Positions 9,737 through 20,033 of a stretch of DNA of 64,000 nucleotides are shown in pieces. The position numbers and the translations under genes were made by a program. Under the pieces are notes generated by a model. The model ran no database searches, was not told the DNA's origin, and worked only from the letters and a program-made list of their open reading frames with translations. Each line of letters starts with the position of its first letter. The first letter of the stretch is position 1. Source of the DNA: Sulfolobales archaeon (lineage in GTDB: Archaea; Thermoproteota; Thermoprotei_A; Sulfolobales; NBVN01); NCBI GenBank assembly GCA_038841535.1, contig JAWBTQ010000002.1, forward strand, positions 96,001 to 160,000. Reading direction: 5' to 3'.

Positions 9737-11278
9737 ATGGCGAAGGTCTTGAAGCCCATTGGTGTAGTTGCTAGTGGATCAAAGTCGTTTTACGCCCCCG
9801 TATTGGTGTATAAGGACGCTGAGAGGTTTCTTCGTGAGGAGTCTCTTGCGTTTATTAGAGATAGAGTAACGGGTAAGCAGTACCTCGGTTTAATAAGGTG
9901 GTTATCTAAAATAGACCCCCTCTTGCCTGCGACCCAGAGGTCCGGAGTAGTGGATAACCCTAGACTTGCGGAAATAGCTACGAACATTCCATTCGAGACC
10001 TCATACGTCAGGATCATCGGGGAAATAAGTAGCGGAAGGCTTGAGCCTCCGGTAGACCCACCAACTCCAAGGAGCGAGGTGTTGCTTGTCGAGTCCCCCG
10101 AGGACCTCGCGCTCGAAGTTGGTGAGGGACTGACAATAGGGGAGCACAAGTACTCGGGGGTCAAGATACCCCTGAACCCCAGGTACCTGCCCTATCACAT
10201 TGGGGTAGTTGGGGCAACCGGGACCGGCAAGTCGAGGCTTGTGAAGGCCCTCATAGACGAGGTGCTAGCCAAGACGGATTGGAGAGTGATAGTGTTCGAC
10301 CACTCCGGGGTAGACTACGTATCTTACTACCCTCACAACGTAGTAGACGCATCCCTAGTAATGCCCGACCCCATAACCCTCGGCGAGCTAATATCAGAGA
10401 GGTCCATGCTTGAGAGACAGGAAGAGTACATACTGGCAACAGTGTATGCTTACATAGCTTCTTTCAAGAGAACTTCTGCTACAGCAACAACCCACGGCCC
10501 TCAAAGGGTCGATAAAGCTCTTAGCTCATCTGGAACCTCGTTCGCCTGTAGCATGAGATTTACCGAGGGCTTAGACTTCACAAATGCCGAGAAGCTTATG
10601 ACCGAGATAACGTGGGACATACACTTGTTCCGTAAGTGCGTCGAGAGGGTAGGCAAAGAGTTTGAAGCCAAGGACCCAACCGTAGCTAAGATGAGTTTAC
10701 TCGTAGGGACCTACTCCAAGGAGCTGATAGAGTCTCTTAACGAAAAGAAGCTCACGGCCCGTGACGCAGTCGATCGAGCTCTAAGGGAGAGGTTGGTCGT
10801 TATTGACTTGAGTAGCGTCGAGATAGTCGTGAGGAGATATATAGTGAAATCCGTTTTAGACGAGCTGTGGAAACTCGTAGACGAGCGCGGAGAGAGGCCC
10901 AGGACGCTGGTGATAGTAGACGAAGCACACAACTACGCCTGCATGGGGTGTGGAGCCTCTTTACGTTCGATTGAGAGAACCGCGAGAGAGGGGAGGAAAT
11001 GGGAGATCGGGTTGGTGCTGGCTAGCCAGAGGACAATCGACTTCTCGACTGACATCAGAAACAACATAAACACGTTCTACTTCAGCAGGCTACAGACCCC
11101 CGGAGACTTCGAGAATCTTCGGGGAGTCTTAGACTTAGGGGGCTTGGGTCCGGAGTCCCTGTCAGTTCTCGGAATACGAGAGTTCTTCTTCGCCGGCCTC
11201 GGGAATCCTCTAAGATTTCCAATACTCATTCGGGTGAGGGAAGTTGGGGAGCCAACTCTGGGGGGAAGAGCAGCCTAA
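9737..11278 (+). CDS. HerA-family (DUF87) helicase/ATPase
   Basis: N-terminal HAS-barrel-like region ending PPTPRSEV, Walker A GATGTGKS, Walker B IVDEAHNY, REGRKW...LASQR. Confidence 0.9.
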   Translation: MAKVLKPIGVVASGSKSFYAPVLVYKDAERFLREESLAFIRDRVTGKQYLGLIRWLSKIDPLLPATQRSGVVDNPRLAEIATNIPFETSYVRIIGEISSGRLEPPVDPPTPRSEVLLVESPEDLALEVGEGLTIGEHKYSGVKIPLNPRYLPYHIGVVGATGTGKSRLVKALIDEVLAKTDWRVIVFDHSGVDYVSYYPHNVVDASLVMPDPITLGELISERSMLERQEEYILATVYAYIASFKRTSATATTHGPQRVDKALSSSGTSFACSMRFTEGLDFTNAEKLMTEITWDIHLFRKCVERVGKEFEAKDPTVAKMSLLVGTYSKELIESLNEKKLTARDAVDRALRERLVVIDLSSVEIVVRRYIVKSVLDELWKLVDERGERPRTLVIVDEAHNYACMGCGASLRSIERTAREGRKWEIGLVLASQRTIDFSTDIRNNINTFYFSRLQTPGDFENLRGVLDLGGLGPESLSVLGIREFFFAGLGNPLRFPILIRVREVGEPTLGGRAA

Positions 11279-12410
11279 AACGGAGGGAGCCGTTGGTATA
11301 GCCCCCGAGCTACTAGGGGAAGCTCTTGACTCCGTAGTTATTAAGATAGATAGAGTCGCCTCAATAGCTGGGATAGCATCTAGAGCTAGAGAGAGATTGG
11401 TCTCGAGCGGTGCCATAAGGAGAGCCACCTACATTGGAGATAAGTGCTTCTTAAGCATAGACTCGAGCTATACTTCTCCCCCTCTAGAGCTTGTCGGGGG
11501 ATATCTCGGCCTCATCTTCGTAGTCAGCGTCCTCTACGGCAAGGAGTGTCGCTCTGCCTTATCGGAGTTTGAGGTCGTGGCTCACGCAACGTACGATCCG
11601 ACTAGGGATTTAACTAGGGTCGAAGCCAGAAGACTCGAGAGGGAGAAAGCCATAGAGGCCCTAAGGAGGAAGTCTAGAGGGGAAGTCTACTTCGACATCA
11701 TCATACTCGACGGTGAGGTTCTACCCAGACTGTCGCCAAGGCTCCTCGCTGGAGCTGGCGTAGAATCAGAGAAAGCTAGAGAGCTAGTGAGACTAACTGA
11801 CACCATGGTCCTTCTGGCCGAAAAAACTAAAACTCCGGTCGTGGGAGTACTCAAAAGGAGCTACTCCAAGGATGCACTAGCAGTGCTCGGGTACTTCCTA
11901 GACGTCGACTTAAGCGATAGAGCCTTCATGACGTACGTTTTAGAGCCCGGGGAATTCGCTGTCATAGGGGACTATAGGTCCATAGCATCTGCTTACCAGA
12001 GTCTAGTTGACGACTACGGAGATGCTTACCCTAGAGAGGTTTCGCCTGCTAGGTACAGGCTCGCTTGGCTAAAGCAGATGCTTAGGTATTCAAACATAGC
12101 CGATAGGATGAAAATGGCGTTCTACAGACCCCATTCAGGGATCAGCACTACTGCAGTCAAGATAGAGTACGACTCGGTAGACCTAAGTGACGAGGAGCTA
12201 GTCTCATCAGTAACGTCTGTGAGCGAGGCGACGGGCTTCCCGGCGCCAGTGGATTACGCCGATACCTTATCGCAGATACCGAGTGACGTTAGGTTTACAT
12301 TGTACCAGCTAGTGCTACAGAAGATAAGTGAAGCTAATCCGGACGTAGCGCAGAAGTTATTTACGCTGGTAAACCCGCAGAAACTCGCCTCGATAGGGTT
12401 GAGGACGTAG
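11244..12410 (+). CDS. NurA-domain nuclease
   Basis: SIDSS, IILDGE, VGVLKRS, GFPAPVDYAD motifs; overlaps the HerA stop. Confidence 0.82.
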   Translation: MGSQLWGEEQPKTEGAVGIAPELLGEALDSVVIKIDRVASIAGIASRARERLVSSGAIRRATYIGDKCFLSIDSSYTSPPLELVGGYLGLIFVVSVLYGKECRSALSEFEVVAHATYDPTRDLTRVEARRLEREKAIEALRRKSRGEVYFDIIILDGEVLPRLSPRLLAGAGVESEKARELVRLTDTMVLLAEKTKTPVVGVLKRSYSKDALAVLGYFLDVDLSDRAFMTYVLEPGEFAVIGDYRSIASAYQSLVDDYGDAYPREVSPARYRLAWLKQMLRYSNIADRMKMAFYRPHSGISTTAVKIEYDSVDLSDEELVSSVTSVSEATGFPAPVDYADTLSQIPSDVRFTLYQLVLQKISEANPDVAQKLFTLVNPQKLASIGLRT

Positions 12411-12491
12411 CGGACCCATGAGACGCACCAGAGGCTCGCCTAGGTTGTCAGCTATATAATCTCTACTAAACTACGTACTCGGCTGGCGACT

Positions 12492-12830
12492 ATGTCGAGA
12501 GGAGGAAGCATTCCCCTCGGAACCTTGGTAGGCTTCATAGTGCTTCTGATGTTTGGTTGGGTGCCCATCTTGGGGCCTCTCGTGGCCGGCTTTGCGGCTG
12601 GACTCATAGCCAGGGGAGCATTACGGGGCTTTGCGGCCGGGTTCCTAGCCGGTATTCTCGGGGCAGTACTCGTCGGACTATCACTGAGTCTACTTGGAGC
12701 GCTACTATGGGGACTGATGGGGGCGTTAATCGGGTGGATAATAGGGTTTGGAGGAGTACTGTTGCTGTCCATTAGTATAGCCATACTCACTGCGCTAGGG
12801 GGTCTAATAGGCGGCGCTCTTAGGAGCTAG
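12492..12830 (+). CDS. Small Gly-rich membrane protein (DUF5518-like)
   Basis: PILGPLVAGFAAG...G..AGFLAG...ALGGLIG hydrophobic GxxxG repeats. Confidence 0.75.
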   Translation: MSRGGSIPLGTLVGFIVLLMFGWVPILGPLVAGFAAGLIARGALRGFAAGFLAGILGAVLVGLSLSLLGALLWGLMGALIGWIIGFGGVLLLSISIAILTALGGLIGGALRS

Positions 12831-13040
12831 CGACAGCGCGAAGCGTCCTAGGTGGTGTACAAACTCGTCTATATAGTGCTCATTCCGACCTATATTTCAC
12901 GTCTCCGGACCTTCACGAACTTAGAGCACGTAGAATACATAGGTTCATGGCCTTGATTAGCGATATGCGGAGAGAGAAACCCTCAGGTACTCATTAGAGC
13001 GGACTCGTCGAGGGACTGAAGCAACCCCGCTCGGGAGTCG

Positions 13041-14168
13041 TCAGCACACCCTATAATACCTAACCTTTCGCCTTCCCTTGGACTTAAACTCGCTGCACAC
13101 TTTACCCATCTCCTCCATCGACTCTAGGACCTTATAGATTCCGCGAAGGGAATAAGCGGGAAAAACCTTCCATACTTCGTACGCCGTAGCCTCCCCACTT
13201 CTCTCTAGTACGCGAATTATCTCTTTACGCACATCTTTATCTGCCTTCCTGCTAGCCGAAAGAGGTCTAAAGCCCATAGTTACGACTGCTATGGAGTTCC
13301 CCATGTTTTCGGCTACAGTGTAGGCAGATGCGGATAGAGACTTCGTTTTGACTCCACTTTTCCAGAGCCTCACCAAGGAGTTAAACGCTTCATCCCTACT
13401 TATCTCGACGAGCTTGATCGACCTAGCGAACTCGGGTAGAATGAGGTTCTTCACTCCTTTAATCGAGGTAGCCACTACTTCGTAGGATGCGTTTACACCC
13501 ACATCCTCTAGGTCTCTAAAGCCCTTCCAGATCGAGTAAGCTAGCAATCCTGTCCTCGCTGGAACAACTACTCTATCTACTCTAAGCCTCCTCTCATATA
13601 TCTCGAGAGCGATAGTTTTCAGCCCCTCCACAGTGAGAGGGGTTGCGTAGCCTAATAGGGAGGCCTTCCCATTCTCGCCGAAGACCAGCTTCACATTCCC
13701 GGTTCGCAACAGTATGTCTACATCTAAGTAGTCAAGCGATAAAGGATCCTCCACGACTACTTCGACAGAGGAGACTCCGTTAAGGTAGTAAGCGAGGGAG
13801 TAGGTGAAGTCTTCCTCGAACTTCGTTCTAATGGTTACGAATCCCTTTGAGAGTACGTAGCTCGCTATGACGGAGGAAGCTCTATCAGAGTAAGTGCCTG
13901 TGGGATTGTAACGCTCGTTTTTGACTAGCACTCCTCCAACAGTGTTTACTGGAGTCAACCCCTCTCCCTTCGAGATAACCTTCTCTAATTTAGGTAGCAC
14001 AGACCTGTATCTCCAAATGCCCGGCCCTGCTCTTTCCACTCTAAACACTCCATACGGGTACTTGAAGACCGTAAGCCACCCACAACTCGGGCAGGTAAAG
14101 ACCTCTTCGCTGTACGCTCTTCCACACTTTCCGCAGACCAGCAATTCCTGAGCTACTGCCGTACTCAA
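13041..14168 (-). CDS. Degenerate threonine-synthase-fold protein with N-terminal Zn ribbon and C-terminal winged HTH
   Basis: CGKC..CPSCG, GIWRY, GEGLTP, NPTGTYSDR (Lys replaced by Ser), EGLKTIALEI, C-terminal IIRVLE..GEATAYEV..GIYKVLESMEEMGKV..RYY. Confidence 0.75.
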   Translation of the reverse strand: MSTAVAQELLVCGKCGRAYSEEVFTCPSCGWLTVFKYPYGVFRVERAGPGIWRYRSVLPKLEKVISKGEGLTPVNTVGGVLVKNERYNPTGTYSDRASSVIASYVLSKGFVTIRTKFEEDFTYSLAYYLNGVSSVEVVVEDPLSLDYLDVDILLRTGNVKLVFGENGKASLLGYATPLTVEGLKTIALEIYERRLRVDRVVVPARTGLLAYSIWKGFRDLEDVGVNASYEVVATSIKGVKNLILPEFARSIKLVEISRDEAFNSLVRLWKSGVKTKSLSASAYTVAENMGNSIAVVTMGFRPLSASRKADKDVRKEIIRVLERSGEATAYEVWKVFPAYSLRGIYKVLESMEEMGKVCSEFKSKGRRKVRYYRVC

Positions 14169-14179
14169 GGCTAGGACCG

Positions 14180-14788
14180 CTACTTCCTCACTAACGAGAC
14201 CATGTACTCGTACAGTCTTGTGTCTCCTGAGATCTCTGGATGGAACGTTACAGCGAGAACATTATTCTGGATAGCCACCGTACCCACTTTACCGATATCT
14301 GGGTGGTCGAGATAGCCCACTATCCTCGCATCACCCCAGGCTTCAACTATCGCAGGCGCTCTTATGAAGACCGCCCTCACAGTGCCTATTCCATCGACGA
14401 AGACCTCCGTTTCAAAAGACTCTCTTTGTCGGCCGAAGGCATTTCTTCGTATAGCTATATTCATCAACTCGAGGAGAGGTTGCCCTGTCTCGCCAACCAC
14501 TCTATCTACTACTTTCTTAGCTAGGAGTACTGCCCCAGCGCAAGTCCCCATTACAGGCTTTCCTTCTCTCGCTAGGTCTGCGATAGCTACGTCCATTCCC
14601 GTGACTCTCATTAAACTACCTATGGCGGTAGACTCGCCCCCGGGTATGATCAGAGTATCTATACCTACTAAGTCTCTAGGTGACTTAACCGGTACAGCCC
14701 TAACCCCGCTGAGCTCGGAAAGCAACTGCAGGTGCTCTAGGAAGTCTCCCTGGAGGCTCAGCACTCCGACTACTACCAAGTTACTCAC
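14180..14788 (-). CDS. pdxT: PLP synthase glutaminase subunit
   Basis: [40 protein letters not shown]. Confidence 0.96.
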   Translation of the reverse strand: MSNLVVVGVLSLQGDFLEHLQLLSELSGVRAVPVKSPRDLVGIDTLIIPGGESTAIGSLMRVTGMDVAIADLAREGKPVMGTCAGAVLLAKKVVDRVVGETGQPLLELMNIAIRRNAFGRQRESFETEVFVDGIGTVRAVFIRAPAIVEAWGDARIVGYLDHPDIGKVGTVAIQNNVLAVTFHPEISGDTRLYEYMVSLVRK

Positions 14789-15794
14789 CCCTCACTTGCA
14801 TGAGCTCCTCCGGCTTCAGCCTCCTCACGTCCATCCCCGTCATTGAGGACCTCTCGGAAACCATTTTCTGAGCTTCGGCAACGATCTCCGGGTCGTCGTA
14901 ATAGGTAGTAGCCAGTACTATAGCTCTAGCCCTAGCCTCCGGGTCTGAGCTCTTGAAGATCCCAGAGCCCACGAAGACCCCATCGGCCCCCAACCACATC
15001 ATGAGCGCAGCATCTGCCGGTGTAGCGATGCCTCCAGCAGCAAAGTTTACGACGGGCAGTCTACCGAGTCTCGCAGTAAGTAGAACTAGTTCATAGGGAG
15101 TCTTGTTCTCCTTCGCGTATACCCAAAGAGCCTCGATGTCTCTCGATGTGTAGTATCCTTTCAGTGTTGCGATATCTCTATTAACGAGCTTCATGTGCTT
15201 TACTGCCTCCGCAACGTTACCCGTACCGGGCTCTCCCTTCGTTCTTATCATAGACGCTCCCTCAAATATTCTCCTCAGTGCTTCCGGGAGGTTTCTTGCT
15301 CCGTTCACGAACGGCACTCTAAACTCCCACTTGTTAATGTGGGCTCTCTCGTCTACTGGAGTGAGGACCTCGCTCTCATCTATGAGGTCTACACCTACCT
15401 CTTCGAGCAGCCTTGCCTCCTCGGTGTGCCCTATTCTGCACTTAGCAGATACGGGTATTGTAATAACATCCGTAACTCTCTGAATGACGTCCAACCCAGC
15501 CGTTCGGGCAACACCTCCAGATACCCTGACGTCGTAGGGGAGCTTATCGAGGACCATGACACCCACAGCACCAGCGTCTTCAGCTATTTCAGCCTGCTTC
15601 TCGCTAGTGACATCCATTATTACTCCTCCCTTAAGCATTGACACGAAGCCTAGCTTAACCAGAGTACCCCCTAACTTAATAAGCGGGAGCGAACCACCCT
15701 CCGCAGAAGACCTATCCCTAAGTTCCAGTAGTTGGTATATCAAGTCGCGAAGCTTCTCGATAAATACGTAAGAGTCAGTGAGCTTCACTTGCAC
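14781..15794 (-). CDS. pdxS: PLP synthase lyase subunit
   Basis: [52 protein letters not shown]. Confidence 0.97.
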   Translation of the reverse strand: MQVKLTDSYVFIEKLRDLIYQLLELRDRSSAEGGSLPLIKLGGTLVKLGFVSMLKGGVIMDVTSEKQAEIAEDAGAVGVMVLDKLPYDVRVSGGVARTAGLDVIQRVTDVITIPVSAKCRIGHTEEARLLEEVGVDLIDESEVLTPVDERAHINKWEFRVPFVNGARNLPEALRRIFEGASMIRTKGEPGTGNVAEAVKHMKLVNRDIATLKGYYTSRDIEALWVYAKENKTPYELVLLTARLGRLPVVNFAAGGIATPADAALMMWLGADGVFVGSGIFKSSDPEARARAIVLATTYYDDPEIVAEAQKMVSERSSMTGMDVRRLKPEELMQVRGE

Positions 15795-15957
15795 ACCGCC
15801 AGTATAGCTTTCGGCCTCCCTGAAATAACTGTTATTGAACGTTCAACAGGTTTCCCAAAAATTCGAAACTTCGGTAATCTAAGGGGTAGGTAGGCGAAGG
15901 TCAAAAAGTGAAGCAATGTCCAAGCCGGCTTGTTTTAAGTACTTGTGACAGGATCTA

Positions 15958-16863
15958 CTGGGGATAGCAATATCTGCTGCTCTACTAGTACTACTTGTGC
16001 TTGTAATCCTGTCAGTACTAGCATTAGCTCTCAGAGAGATTCGCCGCTCGAGACTTGCTAAGGCTGTTGTTGCTGTTAAAAAAATGCTGGTTACTGGTGA
16101 GGAGGGAGTCTCCTTTTCTAGACCTCTGAACGCTGAGCTCGGCAGGCTAACGATTGTTGGGATAGTTGGCAGGAAAGGTTACAGAGCCCTCGCAGAGTTC
16201 ACACCTTCATCTAAACTCCTGCTCGGCAGTATTCGCTACCGTGACCTATGCTCAGGGGGTTACCTACTCGCCGTAGACAGTGTAGGTAACGGCTACTTGA
16301 ACACGCCAGCCGTCAGGATTTTGATAAAACCATTCGAAAACGTTCTTGTCGCATGTTTAGACCCGTCGGAAGTCCATACAGTAGCGAAGTCCATTGAAAT
16401 AGTTGAGGAGAATTCGACAGCAAAAAGCGTTATTCACGTCTCCGGCGGTAGGTACTCAGCTAGAGTCTCATGGGAATCTTTCGTGCTGCCCTCCTGGAGG
16501 CTAGTCTACGAGCCGATGAGAGGGTCCTACAGAATCGTGAAAGAACCCGGGGTTGGAGTAAGAGTAAGGAGCGTGCGCGTAGAAGTCTGTGCTAAGTCTT
16601 TAAGCTACTTCACTCCCGAGATCTGCGCTACCATTACTAGGCTGGCAAAAGTGGATAGTGAAGCCTCCGGCACACTAGAAGGACTAATAGGTAGGAGGCT
16701 CGTGGTTGTGCACATGGCTTACGTAAACCTCCTCGACCTAGCTAGAGAGCTCGGGATAGCTAGATACCCACACATATCTGGGTACTCTAGCGGCTATATT
16801 AAAGCTAAGTTAACTATGGAGGTACCGATGGCTAAGAACATAGTAAGGGAAGAACCGGTCTAG
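15958..16863 (+). CDS. Hypothetical protein with N-terminal membrane anchor
   Basis: Long ORF (track start 15997); the frame stays open to a CTG at 15958, ~24 nt after TTTAAG, which completes a TM helix. Confidence 0.6.
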   Translation: MGIAISAALLVLLVLVILSVLALALREIRRSRLAKAVVAVKKMLVTGEEGVSFSRPLNAELGRLTIVGIVGRKGYRALAEFTPSSKLLLGSIRYRDLCSGGYLLAVDSVGNGYLNTPAVRILIKPFENVLVACLDPSEVHTVAKSIEIVEENSTAKSVIHVSGGRYSARVSWESFVLPSWRLVYEPMRGSYRIVKEPGVGVRVRSVRVEVCAKSLSYFTPEICATITRLAKVDSEASGTLEGLIGRRLVVVHMAYVNLLDLARELGIARYPHISGYSSGYIKAKLTMEVPMAKNIVREEPV

Positions 16864-16938
16864 ATAGCTTACTTATCCGTCACTACGTTTACCCATGTTC
16901 TGAAATTGGTATATTTACTATGGCTAAAAAGAATACCT

Positions 16939-18177
16939 TCATTTAACTAGGTTCTCAGCTACTTTAGGAAGTGAGACCTTTCGCAGCATTCGCGATACTA
17001 CCGGAAGGAAGACTGTTGCTGTAGTAGTCAGTAAAGCAGAGCCTGCCACTGTCGCGAGGTAGGTCTTAGTGGTGTCCCTGGTTAGTCCACCTAATGCCGG
17101 GCCGACTATGGATGATACCATTACAACCGAGATCTGCATACCTATGAGCCTCCCAACCCTCCTGTTACCGAAGAGAGCTGGGACGATGCTCATGTGTGCT
17201 ACTGGCTCGCCTCCGAACGCAAATAGTCTTATGAGTAGAGCGAGTACAGCTGGCCACGCATAAGCGTGGGGCAGTAGACTGACAGCATAAGATGATGCGG
17301 CTTGAGTAGCGTATAGAGCTAATATGGTCTTCAAAATACCTACTCTAGTAGCTAGTAGCCCCCAGAAGAACCCGCCCGCAGTTTGTAGAATGCCCGAAAC
17401 TCCCATTACCGCAGGAGTGTATACTGCCAAGGCTTCCTCACTGGGCAAGCCGGAGGATTCGTAGATCTCTGAGATTATCGGGGCGAGGTAGCTTATCAAC
17501 ATAGTCGATGAGGTAGCTACTAAGAAGATCGGCACTAGCATAGTTAAATACGCTCTGCGGCTCGCATGGTCAGTATATGACTCTCTAGATCTCTGCTTAG
17601 GCGGGACCATGCCTCTGTATAGTGCTGCGCAGACCATAGTCACCGAGCTAGTGACAAGCGACGCAGTAAAGAAAGTGTAGAACGGGCCTGTCCTTGTCAG
17701 AAGGTACGTGATTATGGGAGACCAGAGAGTGAGCGCCATATATGACCCGCTCTGGACTACAGCTAGAGCTAGCTGAGGTCTAGACGGTAGAGAGCTTATG
17801 ACCGCAGGGTTTACCGACGTAGAGACGGCTGAGAAAACAAGTCCATAGGCTACTGCCGAAGCGTACCAGTACCACATGGCCTCGCTCCACGGTTTTGACC
17901 TCATGGGTAGTACCAATATCCCTGAGGTGAGTTGCGATAGTGCACCAATAGCTAGGAGGATTGAGGGACCTCTTGCATCGTAGAGCGCTCCAAACGCCGA
18001 GGAGGTGAATATTCCTACACCGCTCGATATTATTATGAATGCTGCTACCTGCGTCACGCTGTCGACTCCGTAGAGACTCATCAAGTGCTGGTAAAACATA
18101 GAGATACTGCTCCTCCAGCCTACAGCGAGTAGGGCCAGAATACCCGCTACCACGTAGCTATAGCTTCTCTTGACCAC
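16939..18177 (-). CDS. MFS transporter (OFA-like)
   Basis: About 12 TM segments, GALYDARGP and GLLATRVG loop motifs. Confidence 0.85.
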   Translation of the reverse strand: MVKRSYSYVVAGILALLAVGWRSSISMFYQHLMSLYGVDSVTQVAAFIIISSGVGIFTSSAFGALYDARGPSILLAIGALSQLTSGILVLPMRSKPWSEAMWYWYASAVAYGLVFSAVSTSVNPAVISSLPSRPQLALAVVQSGSYMALTLWSPIITYLLTRTGPFYTFFTASLVTSSVTMVCAALYRGMVPPKQRSRESYTDHASRRAYLTMLVPIFLVATSSTMLISYLAPIISEIYESSGLPSEEALAVYTPAVMGVSGILQTAGGFFWGLLATRVGILKTILALYATQAASSYAVSLLPHAYAWPAVLALLIRLFAFGGEPVAHMSIVPALFGNRRVGRLIGMQISVVMVSSIVGPALGGLTRDTTKTYLATVAGSALLTTTATVFLPVVSRMLRKVSLPKVAENLVK

Positions 18178-18725
18178 GGCTTACGACCTTAGTAGAGGTC
18201 GTTAAGCAGAAATAAGCTCCTGCACTCATCAAGCAGGAAAGCTCTCTAACCTTAGCAAGGGAGATATAGTTCACGCAAGAGCTAGTGGAAGATCATGCGC
18301 ACTCCCAGTCTTTCTTAAAGTCTAACACGCCGCAGTACTTGACGGGGCACTTACCTAATGCGCTGTTTAACTGGAGTTTCTAGGGACAAATGTTCAGGGC
18401 GGGTCACGCTTAGTAAGCGCTACTCTCTATTATGCTGGATATTAATATCCGGTGTTGTAGCTAAGAAGAAGCTAGAGAAACTTGGACATAAGTCCGGTGC
18501 TTGGTTGAGGGAGTGTTCGCAGATTTTGGAGAGAATGTTGTGGCAGCACTCAGTGAGGGGCTTGTGGAGAACTCGAAGAATGCGCGATAAGGCAGACATA
18601 GTCGTTCATATATTCTACAGCTACTATCTACTTCTAGACCTTTCAGTACGTAGGGTAGGTTATGAGGAGTTCAAATAAGTAGAATACTTAACTTCTACTC
18701 TACAGCATCAAGTTGGTGACCTAGT

Positions 18726-19349
18726 TTGGAGGTTTTGAGGGGAGTACACCTAGTTAGGGGAGAGGTATCAAACATATATGTAATAGAAACAAGCTCAGGG
18801 AACATCCTAGTTGACGCAGGAACCCCGAACGACCCTGAAAGGATTCTCTTATATCTTAGATCTTCCGGGCTTAAGGTAGAGTTCATTTTCGTAACTCACG
18901 CCCACTGGGACCATGTCGGAGGACTCAAAGCAGTGAAGGAAGTTACGGGTGCGAGTGTTGTAGCCCACGTAGATGAGGCTCCCTATATACGCGGAGAGAG
19001 TTCTACAAGACGCAGATTCGAGCCAGTTAACGTAGATATCTTAGTGAAAGATGGAGACAGCATTTTAGGGCTTACAGTCATTCATACTCCTGGACACACT
19101 CCTGGTAGTTCATGCCTCTTCGACAGTGGGAGGAGGACCATCTTCGTGGGGGATCTAGTTTACGAGGAGGGTGGAGAAGTTCGTGAGATGCTCCACCAGT
19201 ATTCTCGCGATCCTTACATGAACAGGGAGTCTATAGCTAAGCTAATTGCATACGACTTTGACCACTTGCTGCCAAGCCACGGGAACCCAGTGCTGGGAAA
19301 GGGTAGGGAGATGCTGAAACTTCTTGTCGAGAGCTTTCACCCGATGTAG
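18726..19349 (+). CDS. Metallo-beta-lactamase fold hydrolase
   Basis: THAHWDHVG, HTPGHTPG, GD, LPSHG. Confidence 0.92.
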   Translation: MEVLRGVHLVRGEVSNIYVIETSSGNILVDAGTPNDPERILLYLRSSGLKVEFIFVTHAHWDHVGGLKAVKEVTGASVVAHVDEAPYIRGESSTRRRFEPVNVDILVKDGDSILGLTVIHTPGHTPGSSCLFDSGRRTIFVGDLVYEEGGEVREMLHQYSRDPYMNRESIAKLIAYDFDHLLPSHGNPVLGKGREMLKLLVESFHPM

Positions 19350-19476
19350 GGGCAATATAGATGCTGATCTCTCTGTTAAGCAAACTTCATTCACTCATAG
19401 CCTCTAGTATCCAATACCTTACCTATGGGTAACCTATTTATAATGTTTCTTCTAGAGTAGTAGTTGGTGGTTTTAC

Positions 19477-20031
19477 GTGGTTAGACCTATGACTAAAGAT
19501 GCTTTACTAACTGCTTTCGGAGGAGAGTCTATGGCTCACACAAGGTACTTAATTTTTGCTGATGTAGCGAGGAAAGAAGGCTTTAGCAATGTTGCGAGAC
19601 TTTTTGAAGCTGTAGCTTACGCTGAGTTAGTTCATGCCAGTAACCACTATAGGGCTCTTAGAGAGTACAATGAGGATGCCAAGGTGGCTGCCGGGACTCC
19701 CATAGGACCTGGAAACACCAGTAAGAACCTGGAGCTGGGGATCACGGGTGAGGATTACGAGGTTAGTGAGATGTACCCGGTATTTCTAGAGATAGCTAAA
19801 CACCAGGGAGAAAAAGAAGCCGAGAGGAGCTTCTACTATGCGTACATGGCGGAACAAATCCACGCGAGGTTATATAGGGAAGCGAAGAGCTATGTAGACC
19901 AAAAACGAGATTGGCCTCTAGAGGGTAAAGTATGGATATGTCCGGTCTGCGGGCATACTCACGTCGGGGTCGACCCCCCAGAGAAGTGCCCAGTCTGCGG
20001 TATACCTAAGAACCTCTATAAGGGTTTCTAA
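19477..20031 (+). CDS. rbr: Rubrerythrin
   Basis: AFGGESMA..RY, E..HA, E.IH diiron ligands plus CPVCG...CPVCG rubredoxin domain. Confidence 0.95.
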   Translation: MVRPMTKDALLTAFGGESMAHTRYLIFADVARKEGFSNVARLFEAVAYAELVHASNHYRALREYNEDAKVAAGTPIGPGNTSKNLELGITGEDYEVSEMYPVFLEIAKHQGEKEAERSFYYAYMAEQIHARLYREAKSYVDQKRDWPLEGKVWICPVCGHTHVGVDPPEKCPVCGIPKNLYKGF

Positions 20032-20033
20032 AC

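Noticed and set aside
16719-16726. Fourth TTACGTAA core
   Set aside because: Inside a CDS, lacks the 5' G and has no TATA box downstream
18358-18678. 106-aa ORF between MFS and MBL genes
   Set aside because: No recognisable motif and atypical composition; at best a pseudogene fragment
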